Below are positions 53,580 to 62,351 of a stretch of DNA of 64,000 bases, one piece after another. The DNA comes from a virus: IMG/VR virus record IMGVR_UViG_3300026487_000003; one strand, given 5' to 3'. How positions within the stretch are numbered: position 1 is the stretch's first letter; every line of letters starts with the position of its first letter. The translations under genes were made by a program, and so were the position numbers. The notes under the pieces are model-generated. The model was not told where the DNA came from. It did not search any database and was given only the letters and a program-made list of their open reading frames with translations.

Positions 53580-54535
53580 AGTGACTCGATTATCTGACGA
53601 CGAATCTTATTAGCATCAGTCAACTGATAGTGTTTACGAACATGCTCAGAAAGCTCTTGAGCTTTATCCTTTCGATACTCACCGTCTTTTAGAAGCTTCT
53701 GTACAGCACTACGCCAACTATGTTCACTATTCCCGTAAACTACGACATCTTTATCAATATCATTTAGATAAGGATGTACACGAGAGCAGACAATTGGCAG
53801 TCCTTTTGCTCCAGCTTCAAGTACTTTTAGATTGCTCTTGCAAGCATTAAAGTTGTTCTTCTCAAGGGGAGCTAATGCAATCTTATGGCCTTCGTAAAGG
53901 TTCATGTAGCTGTCTAACGTAGCCTGGGGTTTGGTTGATACGCCTGCAAAGCGTTTAGTCACCTCATTCCAGACTTGGCAATCTTTGTTAACCCCTCCAA
54001 TAGTAAGCTCGTTCAAAGGAACAGCTTTACGGATGAGTTCCAAATCATGCAAGTGCGTGTTTCCGCCTACATAACAAAGAGGTGTACCAGAATCAAAATC
54101 TTCATTGACAGAAAATTGACCTTTGTCAAAATTTAATGCATTTGGCACCACAACAATTTCAGCTTTTGTGAAAGGTGCAAGCTGTGTGGCTAGGTAGTTG
54201 TTAGTCACAGTCACAACGTCAGCAATCTCAAGCAGAGCTTTGAATCGTTCTACCATGCCTTGTTTACGATACATCTCTTTAAGGACGTGATTAGACGACA
54301 AGATAAAATGATCGTCTTCGTCCATTATAATCTTGATGCCGTTAGCTTTGTATTCACGAAGCTTATCAATCGGGATAGCTGACAGTCGGCTGAACCAGAT
54401 TGTCGTATTCTTAGGCTTCGGAATGTCTTCACCAAAAGCTTCTAGAGGCTGTCCAATTCGATGATAGAAACAACCAGATGTAGGGCGATGCTCTACAAGC
54501 AAATCGCCGTATTGAATCAATTCTACTTGTGACAT
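53576..54535 (-). CDS. glycosyltransferase (GT-B / GT1-4-like)
   Basis: C-terminal KSNLKVLEAGAKGLPIVCS motif resembling the E..G nucleotide-sugar binding region. Confidence 0.5.
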   Translation of the reverse strand: MSQVELIQYGDLLVEHRPTSGCFYHRIGQPLEAFGEDIPKPKNTTIWFSRLSAIPIDKLREYKANGIKIIMDEDDHFILSSNHVLKEMYRKQGMVERFKALLEIADVVTVTNNYLATQLAPFTKAEIVVVPNALNFDKGQFSVNEDFDSGTPLCYVGGNTHLHDLELIRKAVPLNELTIGGVNKDCQVWNEVTKRFAGVSTKPQATLDSYMNLYEGHKIALAPLEKNNFNACKSNLKVLEAGAKGLPIVCSRVHPYLNDIDKDVVVYGNSEHSWRSAVQKLLKDGEYRKDKAQELSEHVRKHYQLTDANKIRRQIIESL

Positions 54536-54559
54536 TATTTGTCTCCTATGTAAACTTAC

Positions 54560-54589
54560 ATTCTAATAGGAGAACTCTATTTCTGTCAA
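54560..54589 (-). promoter_or_regulatory. sigma70-like promoter TTGACA-18-TAGAAT for the glycosyltransferase pair
   Basis: Hexamers are the reverse complement of 54584-54589 and 54560-54565; preceded by two hairpins downstream of the fibre gene. Confidence 0.55.
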
Positions 54590-54732
54590 GACTTTTTCAG
54601 ATAAAATCTATTAAGATGGTATTTGAAAAAGTGCTAGCTGCTTACACCGGGCTAGCCTCGGTAGGAGATCCAGTAAGCTTGGGTAAGGCTACTACAGGAA
54701 AAGGTTAGTAGCCTCAAATCACCTATTTAAAA

Positions 54733-55773
54733 TTACTTGCCTTCAACTCTCAGTCTTACAACTGTAGCCGGGACAAGCTGTAACGTGTTAGCACCTGCTG
54801 TAATTAGCAAGCTGGTGATAGTGTTATTACCATAAGTCAGTCCACTAAAACTCTTGGTCGAAGAGGTGTAGGCATTTAAGGAGCATTGCCTAATACCTGC
54901 AATTGTATTAGCTACGCTCACCGGCTGCACCTGAACATCATAGACTTCTGCAAAGTCAGTACCTATATTCACTGTCCAAACAGAAGAAACATCTGAGGTT
55001 GCCGTGTAGTATCTTACCTTAGCAACACCAGAGCTATCAGCTTTACTAGCGATAACAGCAGCTAAGCCCGAGACATCTGAAATCTGATGGCTGTGAGTAA
55101 TAGCTGCTGCATTAACATCAGAAGCATTCAACACTACAGCTCCTGTTTTGGCATTCACACTGTTAACAGGGTAATTTAAAGTAGGAATCTCAGACTTCTT
55201 AGCATATCCCGATGCGTCACTAAGCTGAGCAACACTGTTTGGAATGCTAGGTTTATTTGTCAAATCAGAATAATTACCTGACTTAGCCACCGCCGCGACA
55301 GCAGATGCGTCTACCTTGCTCGCAAGCATTTGAGCTAAGCCTGTAACTTTACTGTTGTCAATGCTGGAACTTGCATCAAGCTTTGCGCTAAGGCTGTTAG
55401 AAAGGCCTGTAACGCGATCTAAACCAATCTGGCTACTCGCGTCCATCTTAGAAGAGATCGTTGATTGCAGGCTGTCTACAGAGGATTTTAGAGCATATTG
55501 AGCAAGAGAGCTGGCATCAGCTTTCATCGCAAGAGAAGATGAATCTGCCTTACGCAAAACTTCAGATTCTGTGCTTGCAATCATACTTGGAAAATTGGCA
55601 TTTACAAGATTTACAATGCTGCTTACATCAACACCAATACCTTGCATTTGGTTCTGAGCATTCTTGACGAATAATCCATTCAGAGGTATCTCTGATAAGA
55701 ACTCATCAAGGCGAGGGTCTTTATTAGTGGTTGTTCCACTTCCAGTAGAAGGACGAGTAGGACCTAAACCCAT
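54733..55773 (-). CDS. tail fibre-like protein with Ser/Ala-rich repeats
   Basis: Repeated K.DASS/L..K.DAS units and an SGNYSDLTNKPSIP motif common in fibres; the ATG at 55773 follows GGAGG. Confidence 0.6.
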   Translation of the reverse strand: MGLGPTRPSTGSGTTTNKDPRLDEFLSEIPLNGLFVKNAQNQMQGIGVDVSSIVNLVNANFPSMIASTESEVLRKADSSSLAMKADASSLAQYALKSSVDSLQSTISSKMDASSQIGLDRVTGLSNSLSAKLDASSSIDNSKVTGLAQMLASKVDASAVAAVAKSGNYSDLTNKPSIPNSVAQLSDASGYAKKSEIPTLNYPVNSVNAKTGAVVLNASDVNAAAITHSHQISDVSGLAAVIASKADSSGVAKVRYYTATSDVSSVWTVNIGTDFAEVYDVQVQPVSVANTIAGIRQCSLNAYTSSTKSFSGLTYGNNTITSLLITAGANTLQLVPATVVRLRVEGK

Positions 55774-55777
55774 TTTA

Positions 55778-56053
55778 TCAACCTCCGTTAACAATCACTA
55801 CAATACGACCGGCCGTGGTACAGCGAATCCATACGCCGGCAGGAGAGTCGTAGACGTAAGTAGTTGCAGAGGAAGCTAACGCGTAGCCATCTACAGTACT
55901 AGGCGGTTGATCAGAACGTAGTTGGATAAGGCAGCCAGCACTTATTTTATTTTGGATAGTCAAAGCTGAACCGGTAGGAATCCCAAGGGATGAATAAATT
56001 TCTACCCAAGTACCAGCAGGGAGTTGAAGGTCTTGATACCATTGTGATGCCAT
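55778..56053 (-). CDS. hypothetical structural-module protein
   Basis: 91-aa ORF. Confidence 0.5.
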   Translation of the reverse strand: MASQWYQDLQLPAGTWVEIYSSLGIPTGSALTIQNKISAGCLIQLRSDQPPSTVDGYALASSATTYVYDSPAGVWIRCTTAGRIVVIVNGG

Positions 56054-56375
56054 ATTTCTAACACCTATATTATTAACTACTTATGTTTAGGTGCTTTAAG
56101 ATTTATAGTGCTAAAGCTACACTTCAAAATCTCGCTTCCATGCTGACTAAAAGGAAGGGTTAAAAAGTGTATAAAGAATTGGTGAAGACTGACCACGCTA
56201 CCTATGTCGTCTTCTCGCAAGGCCATTCTGCCCGCCTCTCCGCACCTGACTTTGCGTCAGGAAGTTTTCTTCTCTTTAATTCGAGCCTCTGCTTTGCGCA
56301 AAAGACAGAGAAGTTTGATTTTGAAACAAGTATAGTGGTAGTAGTATTTTGAACGTTTGGCTTTTTCTAAGACGT

Positions 56376-56543
56376 TCACCACCATCTCCGGCCTGAAGGT
56401 CCGGCATAGTTTAGAATGATCACAACCAATAGAACCACAAACAATACTTTAACAATAGTCAGAGCTGTCCCGGCAAGAGCACCTAGGCCGAGAAGTGGTG
56501 CTAGTAAAGCAACTAGCAGGAAAATCAGGATAAGGTTAATCAT
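56376..56543 (-). CDS. small membrane protein (55 aa)
   Basis: AAGGAA upstream of the ATG at 56543; two hydrophobic segments. Confidence 0.4.
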   Translation of the reverse strand: MINLILIFLLVALLAPLLGLGALAGTALTIVKVLFVVLLVVIILNYAGPSGRRWW

Positions 56544-56618
56544 TTTTATTTCCTTCTATCTTGGAAATCCCTATCTCTTTATTTTATCCTTTCCTAAAAA
56601 TACTTAAAAACACTCTTA

Positions 56619-56645
56619 GGAAAAGATGAGCCCGTTCGTGGGCTC
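56619..56645 (-). terminator. rho-independent terminator after the AP2 gene
   Basis: GAGCCC-ACGAAC-GGGCTC hairpin followed by ATCTTTTCC. Confidence 0.6.
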
Positions 56646-56700
56646 AGACGGATTGTAGTCAATCACCCATCAGCCGAAAGGAGAGGAACGACTGAATTCT

Positions 56701-57309
56701 TCAAGACTTGTAATTTTGGTAACGAAGAATTAAAGCTTCAGCAACTCTACCGTCCGTTTGCTCAGAAGCTAAAATAATAGCTTGGGAAAGTTTGTAAGTG
56801 AGCCATGCCTCATGCGCTTCTTCGGGAGTATCAAAAAGTCCTAAATATTTACGCTTCGCGCCGTTTACACTTCGACAATAAGCTTGGAACTTGCGATCCC
56901 TTTTATGGAAACTTACACCAATCGGCCATTCACCTCTTTCAGAGTCCCTTTCTACTAAAAAGATGTTAACTTTCTCATCTAAAAATACACAAGTCTCTGG
57001 TCCGTAGACTTTATTGCCTGGAATAAGCAAATCTTTATCTAGCTGTTTACCTTGCCAATCCTGTTTTATCATCCACTCACGGAATGCCATGAAATAGTGC
57101 CATTCAGGAGCAACAATCGAAGCGGCATAACTCAGATTGGTCTTACTTTGATTGTTGCAATAACATCTCCTGATCATATCATTCCATTTAGTATAGTAAG
57201 GGCATCTCCATATAGTTTTATAACTGCCGTCTATAAACTCCCTTGTGTGAACAACATAATCTGCGTCATTTACACCAATACCATACACCAAAGCTCTCTT
57301 GCGGCCCAT
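56701..57309 (-). CDS. AP2-domain DNA-binding protein (homing-endonuclease-related; no nuclease motif seen)
   Basis: PIGVSFHKRDRKFQAYC...LGLFDTPEEAHEAW AP2/ERF-like motif; the ATG at 57309 follows GGAGG. Confidence 0.65.
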   Translation of the reverse strand: MGRKRALVYGIGVNDADYVVHTREFIDGSYKTIWRCPYYTKWNDMIRRCYCNNQSKTNLSYAASIVAPEWHYFMAFREWMIKQDWQGKQLDKDLLIPGNKVYGPETCVFLDEKVNIFLVERDSERGEWPIGVSFHKRDRKFQAYCRSVNGAKRKYLGLFDTPEEAHEAWLTYKLSQAIILASEQTDGRVAEALILRYQNYKS

Positions 57310-57340
57310 AAAAACCTCCAAAATATAGAATCGAAAATCT

Positions 57341-57369
57341 AGTATAGAGGAGGTTTTCAGGGATGTCAA
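57341..57369 (-). promoter_or_regulatory. sigma70 promoter TTGACA-17-TATACT
   Basis: The -35 overlaps the stop codon region of the fibre gene 57366..57899. Confidence 0.6.
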
Positions 57370-57899
57370 GACAACCTAATCACCTTGACTCGGTAAGGTA
57401 GGTTATCCAAATTACCACTATAAGTGGTGTTTGGATTCAGAGTATTATAAGGGCTTGTGGCAATGGCAGCACTACCAGACATAATCACGATTAAATCACC
57501 AAACTGACGGGCTACACAACCATAACCACCTGATGCGTATATATAGCCAATTTCGCTCCACATTCCATTAATCTTCAATTCCAAAATAGGCCAGAATTGA
57601 CTACCAGCAGGAAATGGGGAAGGTACTTCAATACGCTGACCTTTGGTCAAAGTAGCTGGAGCAGCTTCAGTTCCGTTAGGGTACAGCATAACGAAAGCAT
57701 TGTTGGTAAATCCGCTATCGTTTTGTAGCTGAGAGGTCTTGGTTACAGTAGAGACGTCTGCTTGTGTAATGAAGCCTGCATCATTAACAAGCTCGGATGC
57801 TTTGGTCACACTTGGACCTGAGCTACCTGATACATCAAAAGCACCAGCTTGCAAAGCTCCAACTAAACCAACTCTGGATACTAATGCTACTTTATCCAT
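57366..57899 (-). CDS. tail fibre/receptor-binding protein
   Basis: N-terminal SRVGLVGALQAGAFDVS shared with 57902..59278; repeated T(K/S)(A/T)S(E/Q)L.ND.GF(I)T motif. Confidence 0.55.
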   Translation of the reverse strand: MDKVALVSRVGLVGALQAGAFDVSGSSGPSVTKASELVNDAGFITQADVSTVTKTSQLQNDSGFTNNAFVMLYPNGTEAAPATLTKGQRIEVPSPFPAGSQFWPILELKINGMWSEIGYIYASGGYGCVARQFGDLIVIMSGSAAIATSPYNTLNPNTTYSGNLDNLPYRVKVIRLS

Positions 57900-57901
57900 A
57901 A

Positions 57902-59278
57902 CTAGCCCCCGAACAGGAGTGGCTTAATCACCGCTGCCAGCTTATCGTAACCAGCACGATTCGGGTGAACACCATCTGTAGTCAAAGCAGAATCAAGCTG
58001 AACCTGTCCGCTAACAGTTGCTCCTGAAACAGCTTGAGCATAACCAACAGCTGGAGTAAACCCAGTGAAGCTTGATAGCCAAGTATTATAAGCTACCCGC
58101 TTAGCATCACCAGCACCAGTATTTCGACCTGCTGTGGTGGTAGGTAAACCTTCAGCCATAACTACTTTGACAGGAGATTTGTAGTTAGCCAAATAACCCA
58201 TAACCATACTCAGAGCTTGACGTGAACGCATCAAAGCATCATCTTGAATGCCACCTGCTGCAACATCGTTACCCGACCAAGGAGAGTAGAAGAGGTGGGT
58301 AGGGTTGACTACAGGAAGCAGATCAGCAATCCGAGGGGTATAGGTCAGAGGAACTTGAGCGTGCAGAGCACCATTCCAATAATCAACAGGATTATCTACA
58401 GTGCTAGTGGTCAAAGCAGCTTGCTGAGCAGCGCCATAACAAGTAGGAGTTGAACCAATACCTTCAAGAGTTGAGTCAGCAACAATAAGTAGCTGACGAC
58501 CAGCTTTGGTAGAATAATACTGAATTGCTGGACAGATGGTAGAAGCTTCAGTGTTGGCAAGCTGAGTGAATGCAGACTTGTTAGTAACACCAGCAACTGC
58601 TTGCTTACTAGTACGGAAATAACGAGGAGCTTGATCACCACGCCAGTTGTACGTCTGGTTATATGGGCGAGTCATAATAGATCCGTTAGGAAGCTCAACC
58701 CGAACCATAATAATTGGACGTACACCACCATCAGTACGAGGAATGGATTGTAGGGGAACAATATCCGTCCAAGTTACTGAAGTACGTTCAGCAGCAATAC
58801 GAGGAGCAAGAGTACCACTTACATTGCCGTCGAACGTACAGTCAATCCAAGTACCACCTGATAGTTGATACTCCGCAGCCCAGCGAGCATCATTGTTGTC
58901 ATACTCAAGCTTATCACGAACAGCAACGCAAACCCTAACACCTGGAACAGCAGCAGTATGGATATTATGCAAACCAATTCGTAGGCCAGTAAAAGGAGCT
59001 TCAAGGTCCATAACAATGTTAGTGGTATGAACCGTGCTCAACACTTCTGAGTCAAAACGACCAAACATATTCTTGCTTAGGACGTTAGTCTTCTCAGAAC
59101 TTGAAACGTTTTTTAGTGCCGCTTGCATTGCGGTGTTGATTTCAGACTTTGCAGCATTGACAGCAACACCTGCAACTTCAGCGGCATCTTCACGAACAGA
59201 CGCATCAAGAGCGCCCGACTTCAAAGCGCCTTGCAGGCCAACCCTGCTAATAAGCCTTGCTAACTCTTGATCAGTCAT
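57902..59278 (-). CDS. virion-associated SGNH/GDSL-type esterase
   Basis: IVADSTLEG (block I-like), SGNDV (block III) and DGVHPN (block V); N-terminal fibre-adaptor motif. Confidence 0.6.
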   Translation of the reverse strand: MTDQELARLISRVGLQGALKSGALDASVREDAAEVAGVAVNAAKSEINTAMQAALKNVSSSEKTNVLSKNMFGRFDSEVLSTVHTTNIVMDLEAPFTGLRIGLHNIHTAAVPGVRVCVAVRDKLEYDNNDARWAAEYQLSGGTWIDCTFDGNVSGTLAPRIAAERTSVTWTDIVPLQSIPRTDGGVRPIIMVRVELPNGSIMTRPYNQTYNWRGDQAPRYFRTSKQAVAGVTNKSAFTQLANTEASTICPAIQYYSTKAGRQLLIVADSTLEGIGSTPTCYGAAQQAALTTSTVDNPVDYWNGALHAQVPLTYTPRIADLLPVVNPTHLFYSPWSGNDVAAGGIQDDALMRSRQALSMVMGYLANYKSPVKVVMAEGLPTTTAGRNTGAGDAKRVAYNTWLSSFTGFTPAVGYAQAVSGATVSGQVQLDSALTTDGVHPNRAGYDKLAAVIKPLLFGG

Positions 59279-59305
59279 TGATGTACCTTATATTTATTTT
59301 TAGTT

Positions 59306-61849
59306 TTAAACGTTATAAATCTTAGCCTTCGCTTTTACCACGTTTAAGGTGTTAGTGTTGTCAAGCTTACCACCAGAAAGCGCATTGGTCGTTTCTAGGT
59401 TATGTTCACTAGCTTTATCAATACTATCACCAACTGCGAAGACATAGACGGTTACGCCGTTATCAAGCAGATAGGTAAGTAACTCATCAAAAGCTTTCAG
59501 GAACAGAGGTAGGTTGCCAGGAACAACGGTTTCACCGACGCTAACGTTGAAGTTCTTTTTGATAGACCATTCAACAAAACCCTTGGCACGGCTTGCTACA
59601 AGAGTCTCCCACGTTTCGCCAGAGGCGAGCAACTGATCAGCTTCATTTATTACGCCATCTTTGTTTTCATCAAAGTAGCCGTCTTTGCCCCGATCAAGAT
59701 AACCGTGAGCAGAGAACTCGATGTAAGCACGACCATTTGGGTGACTTAGGTTATCAAACGAATCACCAACCAACTCAGCCCAACGGCTCATTGAGCTGTA
59801 TGCTGGACCTTCGAAGACGTAGATCAGGTCAGTACCGGTTAGAGGTCCGCAACGATCAAGAAGCTTCTGGTAAGCAGCAGCAAGGAACTTAGCATCATGC
59901 TCAGCCATATAAGGCTCATTGATAACATCGTAACGCTTGATTGCACTCCAAGCCTTGGTGTTACCCTTGAGGAGCTTCAAAAGCTGATACTGACGTTCCA
60001 CCCACATGTCAACTGTGTTACCTGTTGAACCAAGTAGAGCCTTGTTAGGTGCTCCATTGGAAGGGAAGTAACCGTAGCTGTGATTATCTAGCATGATTGT
60101 CATGCCACGATCAGCAGCCTGCTCACCAATACGAATCAGGTGGTCCAGAGTCATTGTACGACCCCAGCTTGGCTGAGTTACGTCATTACCTTGCCAGTAT
60201 TTGAGAGGGTTAGCAGCTTCCGGGAAAATACGACCTTCAAGGAATCCAAGGCGAATATCTGTGATACCGTAGCTCTTGATACGATCCATCTCGGATGTTT
60301 TAAGCATCGTGTAGTTGGTAGATTCAATGCCTGGAATGACATGATCTGCACCAGCGCCTACAGCACCATTTACAGCAACCTTGCCTTTCTTACGACGAAC
60401 AAACCCTTGGGGTACATCTACCTTAGCCAGGGCAAACTCAGTCACTACATCCCAAAGAGGCTTCTTGGTAGCAAGATTGGTACGAATACCGAAGTGTGCT
60501 TCCTGACCTTCCATATTAGGTTCATCAAGAAATTCATAAACGTTGATTTCTTGGATGTAGTCTTTGTATTTCTGAGCTTCGTTCAGAAATTGGCGTAGGC
60601 TGTTAGCAGTAGAGGCTTCATTCCCTGTAGTACCTGCCTTGTAGATTTCGCCAGCATTCATCTCATTGAAGAATACTTTAGCCCCATACATCTTGGAGAT
60701 AGCGACAATCTGACCAAAGTACAGATCATACCAACTACCTAGCTCACCAATGTATGCGTAGTAGTGGAAGCTTACGTAGTCGAAATTGAAACCAGCAGCT
60801 TTAGCTTGCTCAAGGAACCAGATGTCTCCACGCTTGTCGCCGTAGCAAGTGGCACCAGAATAATTCGAGTTGCAAGCTGTTACGTTGATGGTAAACTTAA
60901 GGTTAAGACCTAGCTCATCGCTAGCCCGCTTCATACCTTTGTAGGTGGCTACCATCTCAGCTATCAAACCAGCAGCGGCAGCTTTACCTTTTAGGTTTAC
61001 TTCGTTACCAATCTCCCACACCTTAACCCGATCACCATAAGCCTTTGCGTATTTATAGGCATTAGCTTCTGTGGTTGGGTAGATCATGGGACGAAGAGTT
61101 ACGCCATACTTTTGACAAAGACCAATAAGACGGTTCATCTCTGTGGTGTTGTCAAGATAGCCTGTACCAACGTCAGTACGATAACTTTTCAGATTGTTAT
61201 CTGCCAGAAGCTTGATACGAGCTTCCATCTCAGCTTTAGGATAACTGATCTCACGTCCTTCATGACCATTAACACCCAAAGGGATGTTTTTGTACTCAGC
61301 AGAAGGCTGAGGATTTGGCGTAGGCGTTGGATCAGGGGTAGGTTCTGGTGTAGGAGTAGGGACAGTAGCCATACCATACAGAGTGACGCTACCAGGGGCT
61401 CCTAGGGCTTCTGTAAGGTTGATAGCACCAACCACCACCTTAGCAAGAGTAACGCCTGCAATCACAATAGGCTCATTGCTTACAATGATTGAACCTTGAC
61501 CATTCTTAAAACGAAGCTTAAGACCGGCTTTGACGGCTTGTGCTGGACGAAGCAATACAGCATTGTCTTTTACGCTAATACCCTTAACAAAGTTGCCACC
61601 GCTGTAATCTACGATTTGGTAGACAGTATCTGTATCGGCGATAGTGGGTAGCGTAGGAGCAGTCTCTGCTGGAGGAGTGATAACAGGGGGAAGCTCTGGA
61701 GTTCCTGAACCATCAACCGGAGGATTACCACTTGCATCTGGTGGAATAACAATACCAGAATAATCAGCTAAGATAGCTGCAACGTATTCTGCAATAGGGT
61801 CTGCAAGAATACCAACTTTTGACTTCAACACATCAATAGGGGATGCCAT
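59306..61849 (-). CDS. large tail-associated glycoside hydrolase with two TIM-barrel-like domains (C-terminal GH5-like)
   Basis: VWEIGNEVN and FFNEMN in domain 1; DNHSYGYF, VINEPY, SAHGY and VGETV in domain 2; PT-rich linkers (PTPTPEPTPDPTPTPNP). Confidence 0.6.
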   Translation of the reverse strand: MASPIDVLKSKVGILADPIAEYVAAILADYSGIVIPPDASGNPPVDGSGTPELPPVITPPAETAPTLPTIADTDTVYQIVDYSGGNFVKGISVKDNAVLLRPAQAVKAGLKLRFKNGQGSIIVSNEPIVIAGVTLAKVVVGAINLTEALGAPGSVTLYGMATVPTPTPEPTPDPTPTPNPQPSAEYKNIPLGVNGHEGREISYPKAEMEARIKLLADNNLKSYRTDVGTGYLDNTTEMNRLIGLCQKYGVTLRPMIYPTTEANAYKYAKAYGDRVKVWEIGNEVNLKGKAAAAGLIAEMVATYKGMKRASDELGLNLKFTINVTACNSNYSGATCYGDKRGDIWFLEQAKAAGFNFDYVSFHYYAYIGELGSWYDLYFGQIVAISKMYGAKVFFNEMNAGEIYKAGTTGNEASTANSLRQFLNEAQKYKDYIQEINVYEFLDEPNMEGQEAHFGIRTNLATKKPLWDVVTEFALAKVDVPQGFVRRKKGKVAVNGAVGAGADHVIPGIESTNYTMLKTSEMDRIKSYGITDIRLGFLEGRIFPEAANPLKYWQGNDVTQPSWGRTMTLDHLIRIGEQAADRGMTIMLDNHSYGYFPSNGAPNKALLGSTGNTVDMWVERQYQLLKLLKGNTKAWSAIKRYDVINEPYMAEHDAKFLAAAYQKLLDRCGPLTGTDLIYVFEGPAYSSMSRWAELVGDSFDNLSHPNGRAYIEFSAHGYLDRGKDGYFDENKDGVINEADQLLASGETWETLVASRAKGFVEWSIKKNFNVSVGETVVPGNLPLFLKAFDELLTYLLDNGVTVYVFAVGDSIDKASEHNLETTNALSGGKLDNTNTLNVVKAKAKIYNV

Positions 61850-61928
61850 CAGTTATTACCTTTAATATGTAAAGAATAACCAGACTACAGAACAATTATG
61901 TTCACTTGGCTTTGCGTGTATTCGTGTT

Positions 61929-62270
61929 TCAGTCTTTCTTTGGAGGAACAGTGAGAGAGAGGCGAGGTTTGATGTCTACTACTTCGGCTTTCTCTTCGGA
62001 GTCTTCTGAAGTGCCATCGTCTTCAGGGGTGAGAATCTTCTCAATAAGTTCTTGAGCTTTCTCGGTCACGAATTTGGCCGCGATTAGCCTCGTCTGACCC
62101 TTCTCATTCTTATCCCGCATAACTTCAATCATTACATCCATTGCTTCAGCAATGTGCGGCTCGACGAAAGCTAAAATTTTCAGCTTAAGGGCCCGTTGTT
62201 TAGATGACTGGCGGGATACGCTGCCCTTGGGCCTGCCGCCAGCTTTGCGTTCTTCTGGCAGTTTAGCCAT
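61929..62270 (-). CDS. small basic-then-acidic protein, possible DNA-binding / small-terminase candidate
   Basis: N-terminal KAGGRPKG motif; own strong promoter; the functional call is weak. Confidence 0.3.
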   Translation of the reverse strand: MAKLPEERKAGGRPKGSVSRQSSKQRALKLKILAFVEPHIAEAMDVMIEVMRDKNEKGQTRLIAAKFVTEKAQELIEKILTPEDDGTSEDSEEKAEVVDIKPRLSLTVPPKKD

Positions 62271-62319
62271 TACCAATCTCTCTTTTAATTTTAATATACA
62301 TTTTACGCATTTCCCAGTA

Positions 62320-62348
62320 ATTATAACATTAATTTATTAAATATGCAA
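62320..62348 (-). promoter_or_regulatory. sigma70 promoter TTGCAT-17-TATAAT
   Basis: Hexamers are the reverse complement of 62343-62348 and 62320-62325, in an AT-rich spacer. Confidence 0.55.
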
Positions 62349-62351
62349 TAG

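Noticed and set aside
56167-56607. Plus-strand ORFs 56167..56352 and 56416..56607
   Set aside because: They have no RBS, odd composition, and run opposite to all neighbouring transcription. The second is antisense to a better-supported small membrane ORF (56376..56543).
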